A DNA stretch of 63,733 nt, the filler included, from Reclinomonas americana ATCC 50394 (taxonomy: Eukaryota): NCBI GenBank assembly GCA_048213135.1. It is 4 parts of 2 records of this genome, joined end to end, with 100 filler letters (N's around TTAATTAATTAA, not from the genome) between each part and the next. Parts side by side here need not be neighbours in the genome. Positions count along the whole stretch, not along the records: positions 1 to 31,610 come from PS015558.1; 3 more parts are not named here. One strand, written 5' to 3'. The position numbers were made by a program, and so were the translations under genes. The notes beneath the pieces are model-generated. The model had not been told where the DNA came from. It saw only the letters and a list, made by a program, of their open reading frames with translations, and made no database searches. Position 1 is the stretch's first letter. Every line of letters begins with the position of its first letter. Below are positions 1 through 15,000 of this stretch, piece by piece.

Positions 1-56
1 TATAAAAAAATCCGTCAGCACGAGTCATCAAGGCTGGCAAGTGTTACGATCCGCAC

Positions 57-3000
57 CGTGAATCGCACGACGCTGCTCCTCTTCCGTCTTCTCTGACGGA
101 GGCGGCTTGACGCGAGGCGTAAGCACAAAGAAGAGGCTGGTCAAGAACACCACCGGCACCACAAACAGGCCGCCTGTACGAAACAAATGCACGCGTGTGA
201 GCGGCATTCGAAAAATCGCAGCGCACTCTCCACTATGCAGTCGCACCAAGAAGCGCACGCCACAGTGCACGGAAGAGCATCAGTCCAAAGTCCGCAATGT
301 CGGTGCCGCTCAGCAAGAGGGTGTTCACCCAGCAGCACATGATGAGACCGAGCCACAGCACCTGTGCACGCAACCAGCGTGTGGATCAGCAAACACATGA
401 AGAAGACGTGGAGAGCGTGGACCACTCAACAGTCAATTTTTGCGGTCGTCTGAACGTCTCGCTGCGTCGGTCCTTCACCGCAGTGACCCACACGTGCTCC
501 GACGACAGCTCCTTCACTCGGTCCCACATCTTTCGCAGAGGTCCACGGGAACGGTTGAGTGCAATCACTTGCAGCACGGCCGCCTGGAAGCGCTGAAGTG
601 CTCGCTTATCCTGCCAGAATTTCGTCTCGCATTGAATACAAATGCAATACAATATGCGCAAAAGCAACCACCGCAACTCGGATCTTGTAGGTGCTAGAGC
701 TTGAACTCGAGCCGCCGGCACTATCCGCCTGCCCCGACTGGTCACTGCCGCCGAGGAAGAGGGAGCGCAGGCCGGAACGGTTGCTTCGTGCGTTCTTGGC
801 CGAGTTTGCCAATGCGGTCTTTCGCTTGCGTGCCTCACTGCGTCGCTTTCGGCGATTCAGGCGCGCATCCACCTCTTGCTCACACATCTGCATGAGAATG
901 GTCGCCACGTGTCAGTCACTATTGCGCCACACAAAATATAGGTGCATGCAAACTGGCTTACCGAGTCGGCACGCGTCAGTGACTCGGAAGCGGGTGGTGC
1001 TGGTGCGGGGTCGGTGTGCGATTCTCGAGGTGAGTCGGGCAGATTGTCGTAGAGGCTCTGCCGACCGGCTCGTCGCCGACCGACATGACGAGCGGTCTTC
1101 TTGGTCGCGTTGTCGGCGGCAGCATGTGCGGGCTCGACTTCTCCGTCCTCTCCCACGGCCGACCCGTGAGTACTCACAGTCACCCACTGGCCAGCGGCCT
1201 CGAGTTGCGATGCAGCTGCCCATTCGTCGGCTGACGTCACGTAACCGGGCACCCACTGCAAGCGCGCGCACGAGAGGAGTCAGACTAAAGGTAGTCATGC
1301 TGGGTGACAAGGCGCACGTGCGCGTGTGGGGGACACACCGAGTGCAAGGCCGCGCTGGGCGCATCTGGGCGGCGAAGCGGAATCGCAGCACCCTCCGCAG
1401 CCGCGCGTGCCAGGTCGTCCGCCAGGCTCATTTGGCGCAGTGACTGACGTCGGCCACGCTGTGTGCAACTAAACTTTAGAATTGACGAGCAAACGAAGTG
1501 CAACACACAAACACACATGTGCGCACCTTGCGAACAGCAGACACGTCGTCCTGATCGGTCACCAGGGTGGCCAGATTGCCACGCATACTGGAGGCAGATA
1601 CAAGTGACGAAGAACTGCCCTCACTACGAGCCAGCTGCAGCTCTGCCTCCGAGACGTGTCGAGATGGCAGTCGATGTTGCCTCTGCGTGCAGGCAGATGC
1701 GGTGAGTGAATGCGTGCGCAGACATTTGCGCAACACCAAGACCAACCACTCACCCTGGACGTGCTGCTGATTGACGATAGTGACGCATTGAGATCGACCA
1801 GATCGCCCTCCGCAGCGCTGACAAGAATACCCCGTCGGCGACTGTTCATCGAACTAACCGAGTCGCTTCGTCCGAGAGCGGCACTGTCCAGCATTGTGTT
1901 CGACTGCGGGTGCATCGCGTCAGCAGAGACGTGCATGACGATGACAGCCGAAAAGGCACTCACCGGCACTGGTACCTCAGCCGCGGCCACGTGCTGAATC
2001 TCGGCGACCGGCGGCTAAACGCAAGAAATCAAAGCGACAGTCAGTCATGATTCATCCACGAAAAAGGAGACGCCAGTGAAGACGCACTGCTTGCGGCTGC
2101 TCGTTGACCACTTCCGCCTTTTCGCGTGAGCGTGACGAGGACCGCTTGCCACTGCTCTGGCCCTTCTTCTTCTTTCTGCGACGACCCTTGGAGCGCCCTT
2201 TGCGGCTCTCGTCTTCCAACTCTTCCTCCTCCATGACTGGCAAGGCGTCGAGATCGATAGAGTCCACGTCGATTGTTGATGCCGAACGCGATGGCGCGGC
2301 CGCAGGGATGCGCGACACCAGCGGCTCAGTGATTGGCACGTCTGCATCGGCCTCTTCCTCTTCGTCGTCGGAGGCTTCTCCGGCAAAAGGAATGTCGCCA
2401 AACTTGTCCTTTTCAGCAGAACGCTTGTCGCCCACAATCTGCGCACGCACACATGTCAGTCTTTTGTGACGCGTGTGACACGGGAAAGAGTCACGCACGG
2501 CATCCCAAGCCACGGTAGAGGACCGCGAGGTCATCTTGACAATGTCGGCCAGGATGGCCTTTGTGCGCGGCAAATGCGCCGCAACATCGGCACTGGCCAA
2601 CTCGGCACGAATGCGGCTGAGGAGCTTGTCGATCTCGGAGCGTCGTTTCGAAGACGTCTCCTCCTGCGCACACGCCACACAATGACTTGCCATTGTCCCC
2701 TCACACAACGGCGCGCATCATCACGCTACCTTTTGATCCATGCGACGATCGGCGCGCCACAACAGCAGCACGCCAATGACGTACAGTCCGTGAATGGCGC
2801 ACAAAAAGTAAAACGTGGGACTCGTGAGGAGACCGTACTTGAGAATGAGTGAGGCGTCGGCGGGACTGGCAAAGTTGAAGTGTGGCAGCAAGATGCTGGT
2901 AATGTCGACCGAAAACTCGGTCATGTGAGTCGCTGCACATCGGACGGCCGTCACCTGAAACACGAGAGAGTGAATGAGTGAATGAAAGGAGGAGACGGAT

Positions 3001-6000
3001 ATAAAAAGAAAGGGCGACATCGCACCCGCGGAATGACCCCCGGCAGCAGCGGGGCCACAGTCAGCAGCGGATAGACGCCGTCGGTGGCAAAGGTGCTGTT
3101 TGCAGCGTTCCAGTACTGACACAACGGAAGCATGGTCGAGTTGATGCGCAGTACACTTGACGAGGTGGTGGTCATGTTGAACACCGCGACCGCGGTCACG
3201 TTGTCTGTCATGTTGATGAGAAACCAATTCTGAAGGTTGGTAGAACGTAATGTTACTCACCAACAAACGACGAGCAGTCTTGCAAGTGGCACAAGGCAAC
3301 GAGACCCAGCGCCCCCTGGAACTGTGTGAGTAGCACGTTCTCCTCCGGTACGCTCATCACAAACGGCTCCGGTAGTCCGGAGACGGTAACAGTGCCCGTG
3401 GGGCTCTGTGCGTTCGTGATCATCGCAGGGGGTTAATGCAACACGCTAGCAGAACGCTCGTGAGAGAATCACACACACATACAGACCACAATGGAGTACG
3501 AGTGACAAGAGGAGGTCGTGAGGTTGGCGGCGGCGGCTTGCGGTGAGACTGAACGCGACGTACACGTGGAGAAGTCGGCCTGCGTGTGCGCGGATGAGCA
3601 AATAAAGATCGTAAATACGTACTGCTTGCTCGTTCAGGCTAAACCTGCACAAAGGCGCGCATGTCTGTTGAGCCGCCAGTCACTTGGGACACCAACGAGT
3701 CCGGCAGCGTGACTGACGTCACATTGGCGGCCTGCACTGACGCCGAGCCACACACAGAGGTCGCTGTGTGCAAGTGTTTCTCCAAATGTCAGTACCAACG
3801 CATCGTGCAGGAACTTGAGTACGTTGCAACAACACAAAACTGCACGACATGGACAGCGAAGTGGCGCTGGCCGCAGTCTCGGTGGCGCGGCCGCCCAATT
3901 CGTACGCCGATATGCGCACCATCGGATTGTCAAGGCGCAGAGAGCCCGACCCCGACGTCTGTGAGAGATCAGTCATGCGAACTTGATTGATGTGGAGAGG
4001 AGACGACGACATGGGCGCACCTGCAGCGCTGACACCATCACATGCTCAGCCACGGTGGCCGCCACGGCCTGCAGAGACGAAACAGCCATTGGATCTGCCG
4101 CCTGACTCAGAAGCAGCTGGTTGACGGCCGAGCCAACAGTCTGCGACGTGAACGGTAATGTGAGACAACAATGACGAGAGAACAAGTGCACATCAAAGCG
4201 GCGACTTTGCGCACCGTCAGCTGACTTTGCGTGGTCTTGTCGGTAATTGCAGCACTCAGCAGTGCCTGTGCCACGTTGGCACGCAGCTGCCGGCCGACCC
4301 ACGATCGGACCGGCAGCAGCGTGGCTCCGACTCGGGAGAATTTGTCGGCGGCATCGTACACATTGGAGAGCACATATTGCACGGCATCTGTCGACGACGA
4401 CGATGCACGAGAGAGCGAATCACTCCACGATAACAAATTACCCTCGACCGATGGATCTGCAACAAACAAGTACCGGGGCAGGCGTGAGCACGGCATTCAG
4501 AAAGCACGCAAGCAAGGCGGACTGCTGCGTACCTGTGTCGACAGATGAAGTGCTGCCGTCCAACAATGCAGACGCGCACACTGAAAGCAGGCCGATTACG
4601 CGAGCGGCTGGTGCTTCGCCCTGCGTTACCGCCTGCAAGTCAGCATCTGCACGGGAGAAACGCGAAGGAAAGAATAAAGCAGTGACGTACTCCCGACACT
4701 GATTCAGCACGCCGAAGTCCATCAGATACCAGAGACGCCAGTTGTGACACAGAAAGATCTGCCAGAGGGCACACCGTGGCCTGACTGGAAACAGTGGAAC
4801 TGTGACATGGAACGCGAAAGAGACCGTGAGTGAGAAAAAGACAGACAGCATGCACATAGCACCACGTCGCTTACTCAACGTGGCGCCAAACTTGTCCTGA
4901 ATTCGGACGCCGACACTCAAGTCACACTTGCTTGTGCCACCCTGCCCGGCAGGCAAGAGAACGCCAGACACACTGCTCAGTGTACTATTGGTGACCGCCA
5001 GTGGAACCTCACGTTGGGTCGTGGGGTCCAGGTAGTAGAAACTGAGAATGGTCAAGCTGTCGTCGTCCCCGAAGCCAGTGGCAGAGAACGTGAATGAGGT
5101 TTGCCAGGCCGTGCCGCTGTCCGGGGATATGCGGAACTGGGCCAGCACTGGCACGTCTGTTGTGGTCGTGTTGCGTCGTGCCAGGGCTGGAAGTCAAAAG
5201 AGTGAGTCAATGTGGTTGACAATTTACGAGTCCTCTTTTCTTGCAAATGAACTGCTCACCAGAGCCTAATACCGGATGGCTGACATGCACCTCCAATGCA
5301 TACACCACATTTTCTTGCAACGAACTGGCTGGAATCGAGAGTGCATAATTGTTGCGCTGCACGTCATCTGCCAAGTCCAAAATCGATACCTCGCCCTCTC
5401 TGTTGCGCAGTCAACGACGCTGGGACACACTCAAGGCACGTGCAAAACAAGCACGCAACGCCAGGTACAAGGCCACCCACGAATAGGAGACAGCCTGAAG
5501 ATCCGTGGCTGATGCACCGCGCACCACGGAGGTGCCAGTGAGCGCATTCTGCGGGTCCACCTTGCTGCTCGCAAAGGGCTGTGGCGAGCAAAAAAAAAAA
5601 CACATAAGTCAGCCTTGGAGAGTGAGGGATGGAGGCAAGGCGAACGAAACTCTGACAGTGACGGTGAGACCGCGCGCCGTACTGCCATCAACAGTGGCCA
5701 TTGATCCCATCGACGCAATCGTACGGAAGCAGCTTGGCGGCCCCAGCGTTCCGGAGCCCCGGCTGTTCACCAACGCTGTTCGCACCCGGTACACGGTGTT
5801 GGCGCGCAGACCGCGCACTGTCGCCGACACCGGAGATGCAAGTTGCGCCGACGTAGAGAGCGCCGAAAGCGATGTAACCGCATCCCAACTGCTGCCATGG
5901 TCCACGGGGACGGCCGACTGACACAAGGCACCATCGCTAACCGCCAGTGGCTCCGCCAGGCGCACAGCTTGCACGCTAATGGCGGTGAGCGGCAGATCGG

Positions 6001-9000
6001 TGGGATCCGGCACCGCTTGCACGGACAGCATCAATCGCGACTCGGTGGCCTGCTGCAGAACAGGTGCCAGCGTGGTACCAATGGGGCCGACAACTGCACC
6101 CACAAACCCACGCAAGAGTGAACATGAGTCACCAAGGCAAGAGAGCGACAAAGAAAAACTATAGCTTGTTCAACAAACCGCCTGCCGCAGCTACAGTTGA
6201 GGAAGCCGACATGGGGCCCTGGCCGTTGCCGTTGACAGCACACACGGTGAAAACGTAGTGGCGCAACGGTAGCAGACTGGGCACGGTTACGGCGGTGTTT
6301 GGCGCAGAGACTGTCCAGCTTCCGCCGCCCACCACAGGCACGCCAGCGTCCGTCACTTCCACGACGCCAATGAGGAAGCTGGTGAGCGTGGAGTTTGGGG
6401 CCAGCGACGGCGGCCACGACACGGTTAGCTGCGCAGTCAGACCGTCCACCCTGTCGACAGAGGGAGCCGGCAGCAGACCGGGAAGGAGAACTGCGCGCAA
6501 CACGGCGGGGGGAATATGAGGAAACAACCGACATGCTTCAATAGCATGGCACCACTGCACGTACGGTACGTGGCGCACACAGGCGTCGTGGCGGTCCAAG
6601 GCCCGTCGCCAGCCGAATTTGTGGCGCGCACTCGCGCCGAGTACTCTGCGTACGGGTCGAGACCAGTGAATGCTGCTCCGGGCAGGGGAGACGCCACATC
6701 GACCGCGGCAACAAGGTCTCCAGTGGCCGAATACAGTTCCACAGAGTACGAAGTCATTGGGCAGCAGTGGTGCGCCGTCGCTGCGGCAAAGGTGATTGTC
6801 AGGGCAGTGCTCGTGCGGCTGCCAACCAGAGTCGGAACACCGGGGGCGGACGGGATGCCGCTGGCTGTGCACAGAAAGCACAATGGGGTTGATTGCGACA
6901 GCGATGATTGCTTGTGCGTGTGCACCACGGGCCACAGACAACGCAACCTGTGGGCAACGTGAAGGTGCGAGTCGCCGTGCCACTGCTGTTGTCGCTTCCC
7001 TGAATTTGAACATCCAACGCCACATCCACGAGACCATTGACACTGGACCGAAGTTCGTTCCCGTTGACAATGATGAGCGACGCCGCGCTCGCTCCCCCGG
7101 TGATGGTGAACGACGCGGTGTCACAGCAATTCGGATCCACAAGCGACAACGTGCCAACGAGGCCATTCAGCACCACCGGCGGCACAAACGTTGTCTCGGA
7201 CAACGTCACGTCTGTCGGCGGCAGTGGCACTGTGTGCGGACCACAGAGTGGGGTTGCATATTGAGAATCAAAGGAGAGTGCGTGTGAGAGAGAGAAGAGA
7301 GCGAGAAAAGAGACACACACCTTCGTTAATGACAAATGAGGCGTCGAATGTGAGCGACGCCGTGTCCGTGGCGCGCACTGTGACATGCAATCCAGTTCCT
7401 GTCTGGTGTGCGTTGCGAAGCACAAGTTGCGATCCAAACACATTGAAGAGTGCCGCGTCAGCACCACCGACTACCGTGAACGTGTGCGTGTCATTCGTAT
7501 TGGCGTCGGTGGCGGTGAGGACTCCAATCGCGACGTTGGTGGTGGCCGTGGGCGGTGCGTACGTGTTACTAGAGAGACTCACAGCCGTGGGTGCGGCCGG
7601 CGCTGTGTGCGTGGGGACAGAGACGAATGAGTCAAAAATCTGCGCGGGGTCGATTCGAAGAAGAAATACACACACCTTCGTTGATGAAGACCAGCTGATC
7701 CAGGAAAGAGCCTCCCGAGTCGGTACTGCGTATGAGCAGCGCCAGCTGACTGCCCACCAGCGACTGAGCAGTTGTCACCACCTGCAGGCCATTGATGGCA
7801 AAGCTGCCGAGCGCGGCGCCGCCGACAATGCTGTACACGAATGTATCACAGCAGTTGCTGTCGGTGGACTGCAGGGTGCCGACAACGGTGCCTTGTGGAG
7901 CCGGAGGCGTGTATTGCGACGGCGACAGAGTGATAAGTGTCGGCGGCACGCTCGCTGCGCACGAATGGAAGGCAACGGGGTGAGCACTCACGGACTCATC
8001 GAACACGTGGCAAGAGATACGTGCCTTCGTTGAGAATCAGCGTCTTGCGGAACACACCGCCACCGGAATCGACGACCTCCACCATCACTTGCAAGTTGTT
8101 GCCCGACGCGACATTGTGCGGGGCCACCACGAGCTGATTGCCGGTGATCTGGAACAATTGTTGCTGCGCGCCGCCCACGATGCTGTACGCAAACGTGTCG
8201 CAACAGTTGGCGTCGACAGCCGCCAAGGTCACCACCACTGCTCCCTGCTGGGCCTGGGGCGTGTACTGACTGGGGCTGAAACTGATGTCAGTCGGTGCGA
8301 CCGCCGCTGTTGGGAAAGCACAGTGAGCGGTCACAAGTCAAACGATGGTGGCAACCAAAGAATAGTGCGACCTTCGGCAAACGTCAGGGATTGATCGAAG
8401 GTGCCGCCAGCGCTGTCTTGCACGCGCACCACCACTTGAATGCCATTGTTGGTGATGGCTCCCTGTGCCGTCGCACGAACGACCAGCTGGTTTCCTTGGA
8501 CTGTGAAACGACTGCCGTAGGCGCCGCCGACAACCGAAAACGTGAATGTCTGGCAGCAGTTGGCGTCGACAGCAGTCAGCGTACACACGGCAGTGCCGAT
8601 GGCAGCCGGTGGCACATAGGTCAGTCTCGACGCAAGAACACCCGTTGGTGGAGAGTTGGCTGCAATACATGGAGCACGAGATCAGCAACATGTTGCGTTG
8701 CGCACGTGCAATGACTCTCAACAACACACCTTCGTCAATCGTGAACGACACCGACACAGTCAGTCCGGTCGAGTCTTGTGCAGTGATCCTTGCAGGCAGG
8801 CCGTTGCCTGTTTGGCCAGTATGCAGGAGGACTAGCGATCTTCCGACGACGGCAAATAGCGGCGTGGAGACGTCCACGGAAAAAGTGTGCGAATCGATCA
8901 CATTGCCGTCCACAGCGGCCAACAAGCCAATCACCGTGCTGGTGCTCGTCGTGGGAGGCACATAGGTGGTCGAGGTCAGTGTGATGTCCGTGGGCGCCAC

Positions 9001-12000
9001 CGGAACTGCAGGTGATTGGGAGAGTAAAGATGAGGCAAAGGACAACGCAGCATACACACACACGAGGGCACGCGCACGTGCGTGCATACGTGCCATCATT
9101 CACTTGCAGCAGCTTGTCAAAGGAGGCTCCGCGCGAGTCTGTGACGCGAATCATTACCATGAGCGCGGTACCGCGTTGTCCGGCGGCCGCCACTCGCAAA
9201 TCACTGTTGAGAATGACAAACAACGATGCGCTGGCGCCGCCCACAATGGTGTAGGTGAACGACTCGCCGCTGTTGACATCGGTCGCACTCAACGTGCCGA
9301 CGAGCACATTCGGCAGCGCCGTCGGCGGCGTGTACGTATTGTTCGACAATGTAATGTCGGTGGGCGCGACATTCACTACGCGCACGAGAGAGGTACGCTG
9401 ATGAGCGGCGACTGGAAAAACAGAAGGAAGGAAAACAAAACGCACCTTCGCTGATGAAGAACTGGCGAGTGAACGATGCGCCAGCCGAATCAGTGGTGCG
9501 GATCAGTACCCCCAGATTGTTTCCGGTGAGCGCTGCCACGCTGGAACGCAGCGTGTTGCCGACAATGGAGAAGAAATTGGGGTTGAGGCCGCTGACCACC
9601 GTATACGTAAATGTCTGGCAGCAGTTTGAGTCTTGCGTCGACAGGGTGCCGATTACAGTGTTGATGGGGCATGGTAGGGAGTAGAGCACTGACGACAGCG
9701 AGATGTCCGATGGAGCAACATTTGCTGAACGGTTCGGGGACCACACGTGAGACACACAAGTAGGGCAAAAGCACATGCATACACGTGTGACACACCTTCA
9801 TCGATCGTCAGCGTTTGTGTGAAGCTCAGTGATGTGCTGTCGGTGACGCGCACTGTCACTGATAGCCCGTTACCGCGTTGTCCTGCAGCCTTGATGACCA
9901 GCAGCGACGACGACACAATGTCAAACAGGGAAGGTGCGTTGACGATGGCGAACTGGAAAGTGTCGTTCACGTTGCCGTCGACGGCACTCAGAATTCCGAC
10001 GATAGAATTGTCACTTGCGGTGGGCGGTATATACGTGTAGGACGACAGAAGGATGCCCGTTGGTGTCGCAGGAGCTGGGCAACGTAAAACCAGCAAATCA
10101 GGTATTGACAAATAAAACCACCATTGACACACGAGCAGCCGTCACGCAACAGTCGGTAATGGTGAATGTCTGATCAACGCTCGCGCCCGCGGCATCGGTA
10201 CTGCGCACAGTAACCACGAAGCTGGCACCCGTCTGACCGTTGTTCACAAACGCCAGCACATTGGCCACAGTCGTGAAAAGTGATGCGTGAAGGCCGCCCA
10301 CCACCGAGTAGGTGAAGCTGTCGACGGCATTCACATCGGCTGTCGACAGCACGCCGACTGCAAACAGAGCGGACGACGTCGGAGGACGGTATGTGGTGGA
10401 CGAAATGGTGATGCCGGTGGGGGCCACGTTGTCTAAAATTGAGAAATAGTACGCAGTCAGAACGAGATGCACCGTGTGCGTGACAGGCTTGACCAAATGC
10501 GTGCGCAACTTTCGTTAATGACAAACGTCTGCGTAAATGTGCCCCCCTTGGCGTTGTCGGTGCGCACCTGCACCTCCAATCCAGTTCCGCGCTGACCAGC
10601 GGTCATCAAGCACAGGGAGGAGTCACTGATGGCAAAGAGGGCGGCATTCTGTCCACCAGTGATGCTGTATGTGTACACCGCGCCGACACCCGTGCTGACA
10701 GTCGTCAGAGTGCCCACGACAGTCATGGCGGCGGCCGTCGGCGGCGTGTATGTTTTTGCGGACAACAGAATGTCCGTTGGCATTGGATTCTCTGCGGATA
10801 GACAAGAACACCATCGTCATCAAAGAGTCTCGTGCACAGCGGGAGAATGACTGACACCACACCTTCATCAATCGTAAACGTCACTTGCACGGTGCCTCGG
10901 GCGCCGTCGTCACTCTGGATAATGACCTCGAGGGAACTTCCCGTCTGCTTGACGTCATTCAACAGGAGACTGGAGCCGGAGATGGAGAAGAGGTCTCCAG
11001 AACCGCCGCCGACAATGGAATAGATGAACTGCTGGCAGCAGTTGCGGTCGATCGTGGTCAACGTGCCCACCACAGTGTTGGTGGTTGCAGTTGGCGAAAC
11101 GTAAGTCTTGGACGACAGCAGAATGCCAGTAGGAATCACATTGGCTGCAACAAGTGAACAGTGAGTCACACAGAGAGGCAATGGAGAGCACAGCAACGGG
11201 GATAGATCGACGCACCTTCGTTGACAGTGAATGACTTGGAGGTGGACAGACCCGACGAATCTGTGGACTGTACAGTGACGCCCAGACCGTCACCAGTTTG
11301 GCCCACGTTGCGCAGCACCAGCATGTTGCCCACGACGGTGAACAGGCTGGCCGGTGCACCAGTGGTGCTCACAATCGAGTACGAGAAGGAGTCCTGCACA
11401 TTGCCGTCCACCGTACTGAGAGCGCCCACCACCGTGTTGGTGGTGAGGGTGGGCGGCGTGTACGTCGATGAGGAGAGCTGAATGTCAGTCGGCGCCACCG
11501 GTACTGCAGGTAAACGCAAGATTTCAAGTCAACACCAATAACACAGACACACAGTTGGCACCCTTGTCCACCCCACCATCGTTGATCACAAAGCGCTTGT
11601 CAAACGCCGCGCCTCCGTTATCCGTAGCCCGAATCACCACCTCCATATTGGTGCCCGTCTGACCAGCAGCGCGGATACGCAGCAGGTTGCCGACGGCCTC
11701 GAAAACGGAGGAAGAGCTCCCACCGGCAATGCTAAAGGTCACCGTGTCGCCCTGATTCGGGTCAGCGGCGCTCAACACACCGACCACGGTGCTGGTCGAT
11801 GATGTTGGCGGCTGGTACGTTGTGCTGGAGAGAGTGATATCAGTCGGTGCGAGGTTGACTGTGCGCACAAAACGAGTCAGCACCAGCACACAAAAGTCAA
11901 AGCGTACACAGTGAGTGATGCACCTCCGGTGAACTGGAGCGTTCGGCTGAGCGGCACATGAAAGCCATCGTCCACCGACACAGTCACTTGCAGTGCACCA

Positions 12001-15000
12001 CCCGCAAGCGGACCACCCTGACTCACTCGCAGCTGGCTGCCGACCACCTGGAATGAGCTGGCGTCCGTGCCGCCCACAATCTGATAGGTGAATGTCTGGC
12101 AACAGTTGGCATCCACCGTCGACAGATTGCAGACGAGGGAGCCAGGTGTGAGACCCAATACAAAGCTCGAGGAATCGCAGTTGAGTTGTGACGGAAGCAC
12201 GTTTTCTGAGCGATGTTGTCAGAAGCGACAAATGCGCAGACAATCTCGTCAACATCATGCACACCTTCGTTGACGGTGAAGGATGTGTCCGCCCACAAGC
12301 CGGTGGAGTCGGTGACCCGCACCACCACCGCTAGCCCATTGCCTGTTTGTCCGCTGTTCAGCAGCGCCAACTTGGCGCCGCCGACAATGGTGAAGAGCGA
12401 CGCCTGCGCGCCTCCGACCACGGTGAACGACGCCGTATCATTCACGTTGCCGTCGACAGCCGACAGCGTGCCGACCACCACATTGGCGGAGGATGTCGGC
12501 GGCGTGTACGAGTTGCGCGACAGAGTGACTCCGGTCGGTGCAACAGGAACTGCGGAGGGCGAGCATCATGAGCACATGCAACATCTTAGGAAGGCACACG
12601 CTGCATCGACCAACCGTCGTTGACGACCAGTGACACGTCGACCGACAGAGACGGTACGCCTGAATCGGAGCTGCGCACAATGACTTGGAGACCGGTGCCT
12701 CGCTGACCGGCTGCAGACAATCGCAGCTGGCCGAGTTGCGAGATGTTGAACAGCGCCGCGTCGGTGCCGCCCACAATCGAATANNNNNNNNNNNNNNNNN
12801 NNNNNNNNNNNNNNNNNNNNNNNNNNNNNNNNNNNNNNNNNNNNNNNNNNNNNNNNNNNNNNNNNNNNNNNNNNNNNNNNNNNNNNNNNNNNNNNNNNNN
12901 NNNNNNNNNNNNNNNNNNNNNNNNNNNNNNNNNNNNNNNNNNNNNNNNNNNNNNNNNNNNNNNNNNNNNNNNNNNNNNNNNNNNNNNNNNNNNNNNNNNN
13001 NNNNNNNNNNNNNNNNNNNNNNNNNNNNNNNNNNNNNNNNNNNNNNNNNNNNNNNNNNNNNNNNNNNNNNNNNNNNNNNNNNNNNNNNNNNNNNNNNNNN
13101 NNNNNNNNNNNNNNNNNNNNNNNNNCAGGTAGACACACACAGGCAGACACACAAACCCTCGTTAATAAGAAATGATGTGGTGAAGGAGGCGCTCATGGAA
13201 TCCGTGGTCCGAACGGTGACTTGTCGCTGGTTGCCGCTGAGGCCGGCAGCAGCCACACGCAGCTGATTCCCAACCAACGTGAAGCTGGCCTGGTCCGTAC
13301 CACCGACAATTGCGTAGGTGAACGTCTGGCAGCAATTGCCGTCCACAGCGGTCAGCGAGCCGACAATGGCGCCCACCGTGGCAGGAACGGCATACGTGGC
13401 AGACGACAGGATGAGACCAGAGGGCGGCACATTGGCTGCCCCCCGACGCACAATGAAATGAGACCGCACGCTCCACAGCTGACCAACAACGACGCACACG
13501 CGCAAAAAAGCTCGCCAGACCTTCGTTAATAGTAAACGACTTGGTGAAGGTGAGGTTGCTGGCGTCTGTCACGCGAATTTGCACGACCAGACCGTCGCCG
13601 GTTTGCCCGGCATTCTTCAGCAACAGCGACGAACCCGACACATTGAAGAGGGCTGCCGACGCGCCACCGACAATCGTGTACGTGTATGATGCCGAGCCTC
13701 CGATCTGCACGGTACTGAGCTGCCCGATGGTGATGTTCGCAGCACTTGATGGCGGCAGGTACGTGTTGGACGACAATAGTATGTCGGTAGGCATCGCCAC
13801 TGGTAGCGGGTGAGGATCACCAATAATGTGATAGCACGTTGTCGCGCACAGCACTCACCAGCAGTAATAACAAATGACTTGGTAAACGTGAGCTGCGACG
13901 AATCCTGCACTTGCACTTGCACGGCAAGATTGGTACCCGACTGGCCAGTCGACCGCAGACACAAAGCATTGCCGATCACGGTAAACAGCGCGGCATCCGC
14001 TCCACCCACCACCGAAAACGTGAATGCATCCGTTGTATCATTGTCCACCGCCGCCAGGATGCCAACTTGCTGATTGTTCGAGGTCGTCGGCGCGGCGTAG
14101 CTTGTGGATGAGAGCGTAATGTCGGTGGGCGGATACACAGCTGTGAAACGATGAGTGGGTCGATGGGTGGTTGCACAATTGCACAGCCGACAGAGGGTAG
14201 GTGGACATACCCTGCAGAGTAAAGGTCTTGGTGTACGTGAAGCCGCCGACGGGGTCATCGGCGCCAATCGTCACCTGCAGCGACGAGCCACTGACGCCGC
14301 CGGCAGCCGAAACCCGCAGCTGATTGCCAGCGACAATGGTGACACTTGCGGCATCGAGCCCTCCCACCACGGAATGTGTCACTACAGCGGGAGTGCAAGC
14401 GGAGGCCGGGATCAAGGTTGTCACGCCCGCGCCAATCTGCCAGCCGACAGACACCCACTTGCTTCCGCTGCTCCACTTGTGTCGCACTCGCAAGTACACC
14501 ACGGTGCCGGCTTGCAACGAGAGCGGACTAGACGCTTGAGTCGCGGACTGTGTCCACTGCTGGTAGCCAGTGGCCGCAGACGTGTACGCTATTTGTGTGG
14601 CGGTGCTGCGCGATCCGGTGGCACTGAATTCAAGCACAGCGTCCTGCACAAAAATAAATGGGTGAGCGCGGCTCACGAGAAGAGAAAAAGAGAGGGGCGC
14701 ACAGCACGCAACATTGCTGGCGGCCACGTAAAACGTGTACGTGGCAGTGGAAGGTATGGTGACAAAGGCTTGGAGGCGAGCGGCGAATGGAAGCGATTCC
14801 GAAGAGGTGCCCTCGAAGCCATTTGTGACCACACGGCACACATTGGGGGTGGTTATCCACGAGAAGCTCGCCACCGTGGAGCCACTGGCATTTTGCCACA
14901 CCTCTTCGTAGACGCCGTTGGAGCCGTTCGCCTGTGAGTGACACCAGTTGGCGTCCGTTGCCGTCAGCGTGCCGAGCAACACGCCAGAGGCTGTCGGCGA

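Noticed and set aside
691..1443. Long plus-strand ORFs antisense to the receptor gene, and similar shadow ORFs elsewhere
   Set aside because: They are GC-rich shadows of opposite-strand exons with no recognisable motifs.
3230..3305. Possible GAG acceptor or GTTGCCT donor in the GAIN region
   Set aside because: Two frame-compatible solutions exist and cannot be resolved without cDNA, so this site was left out of the counts.
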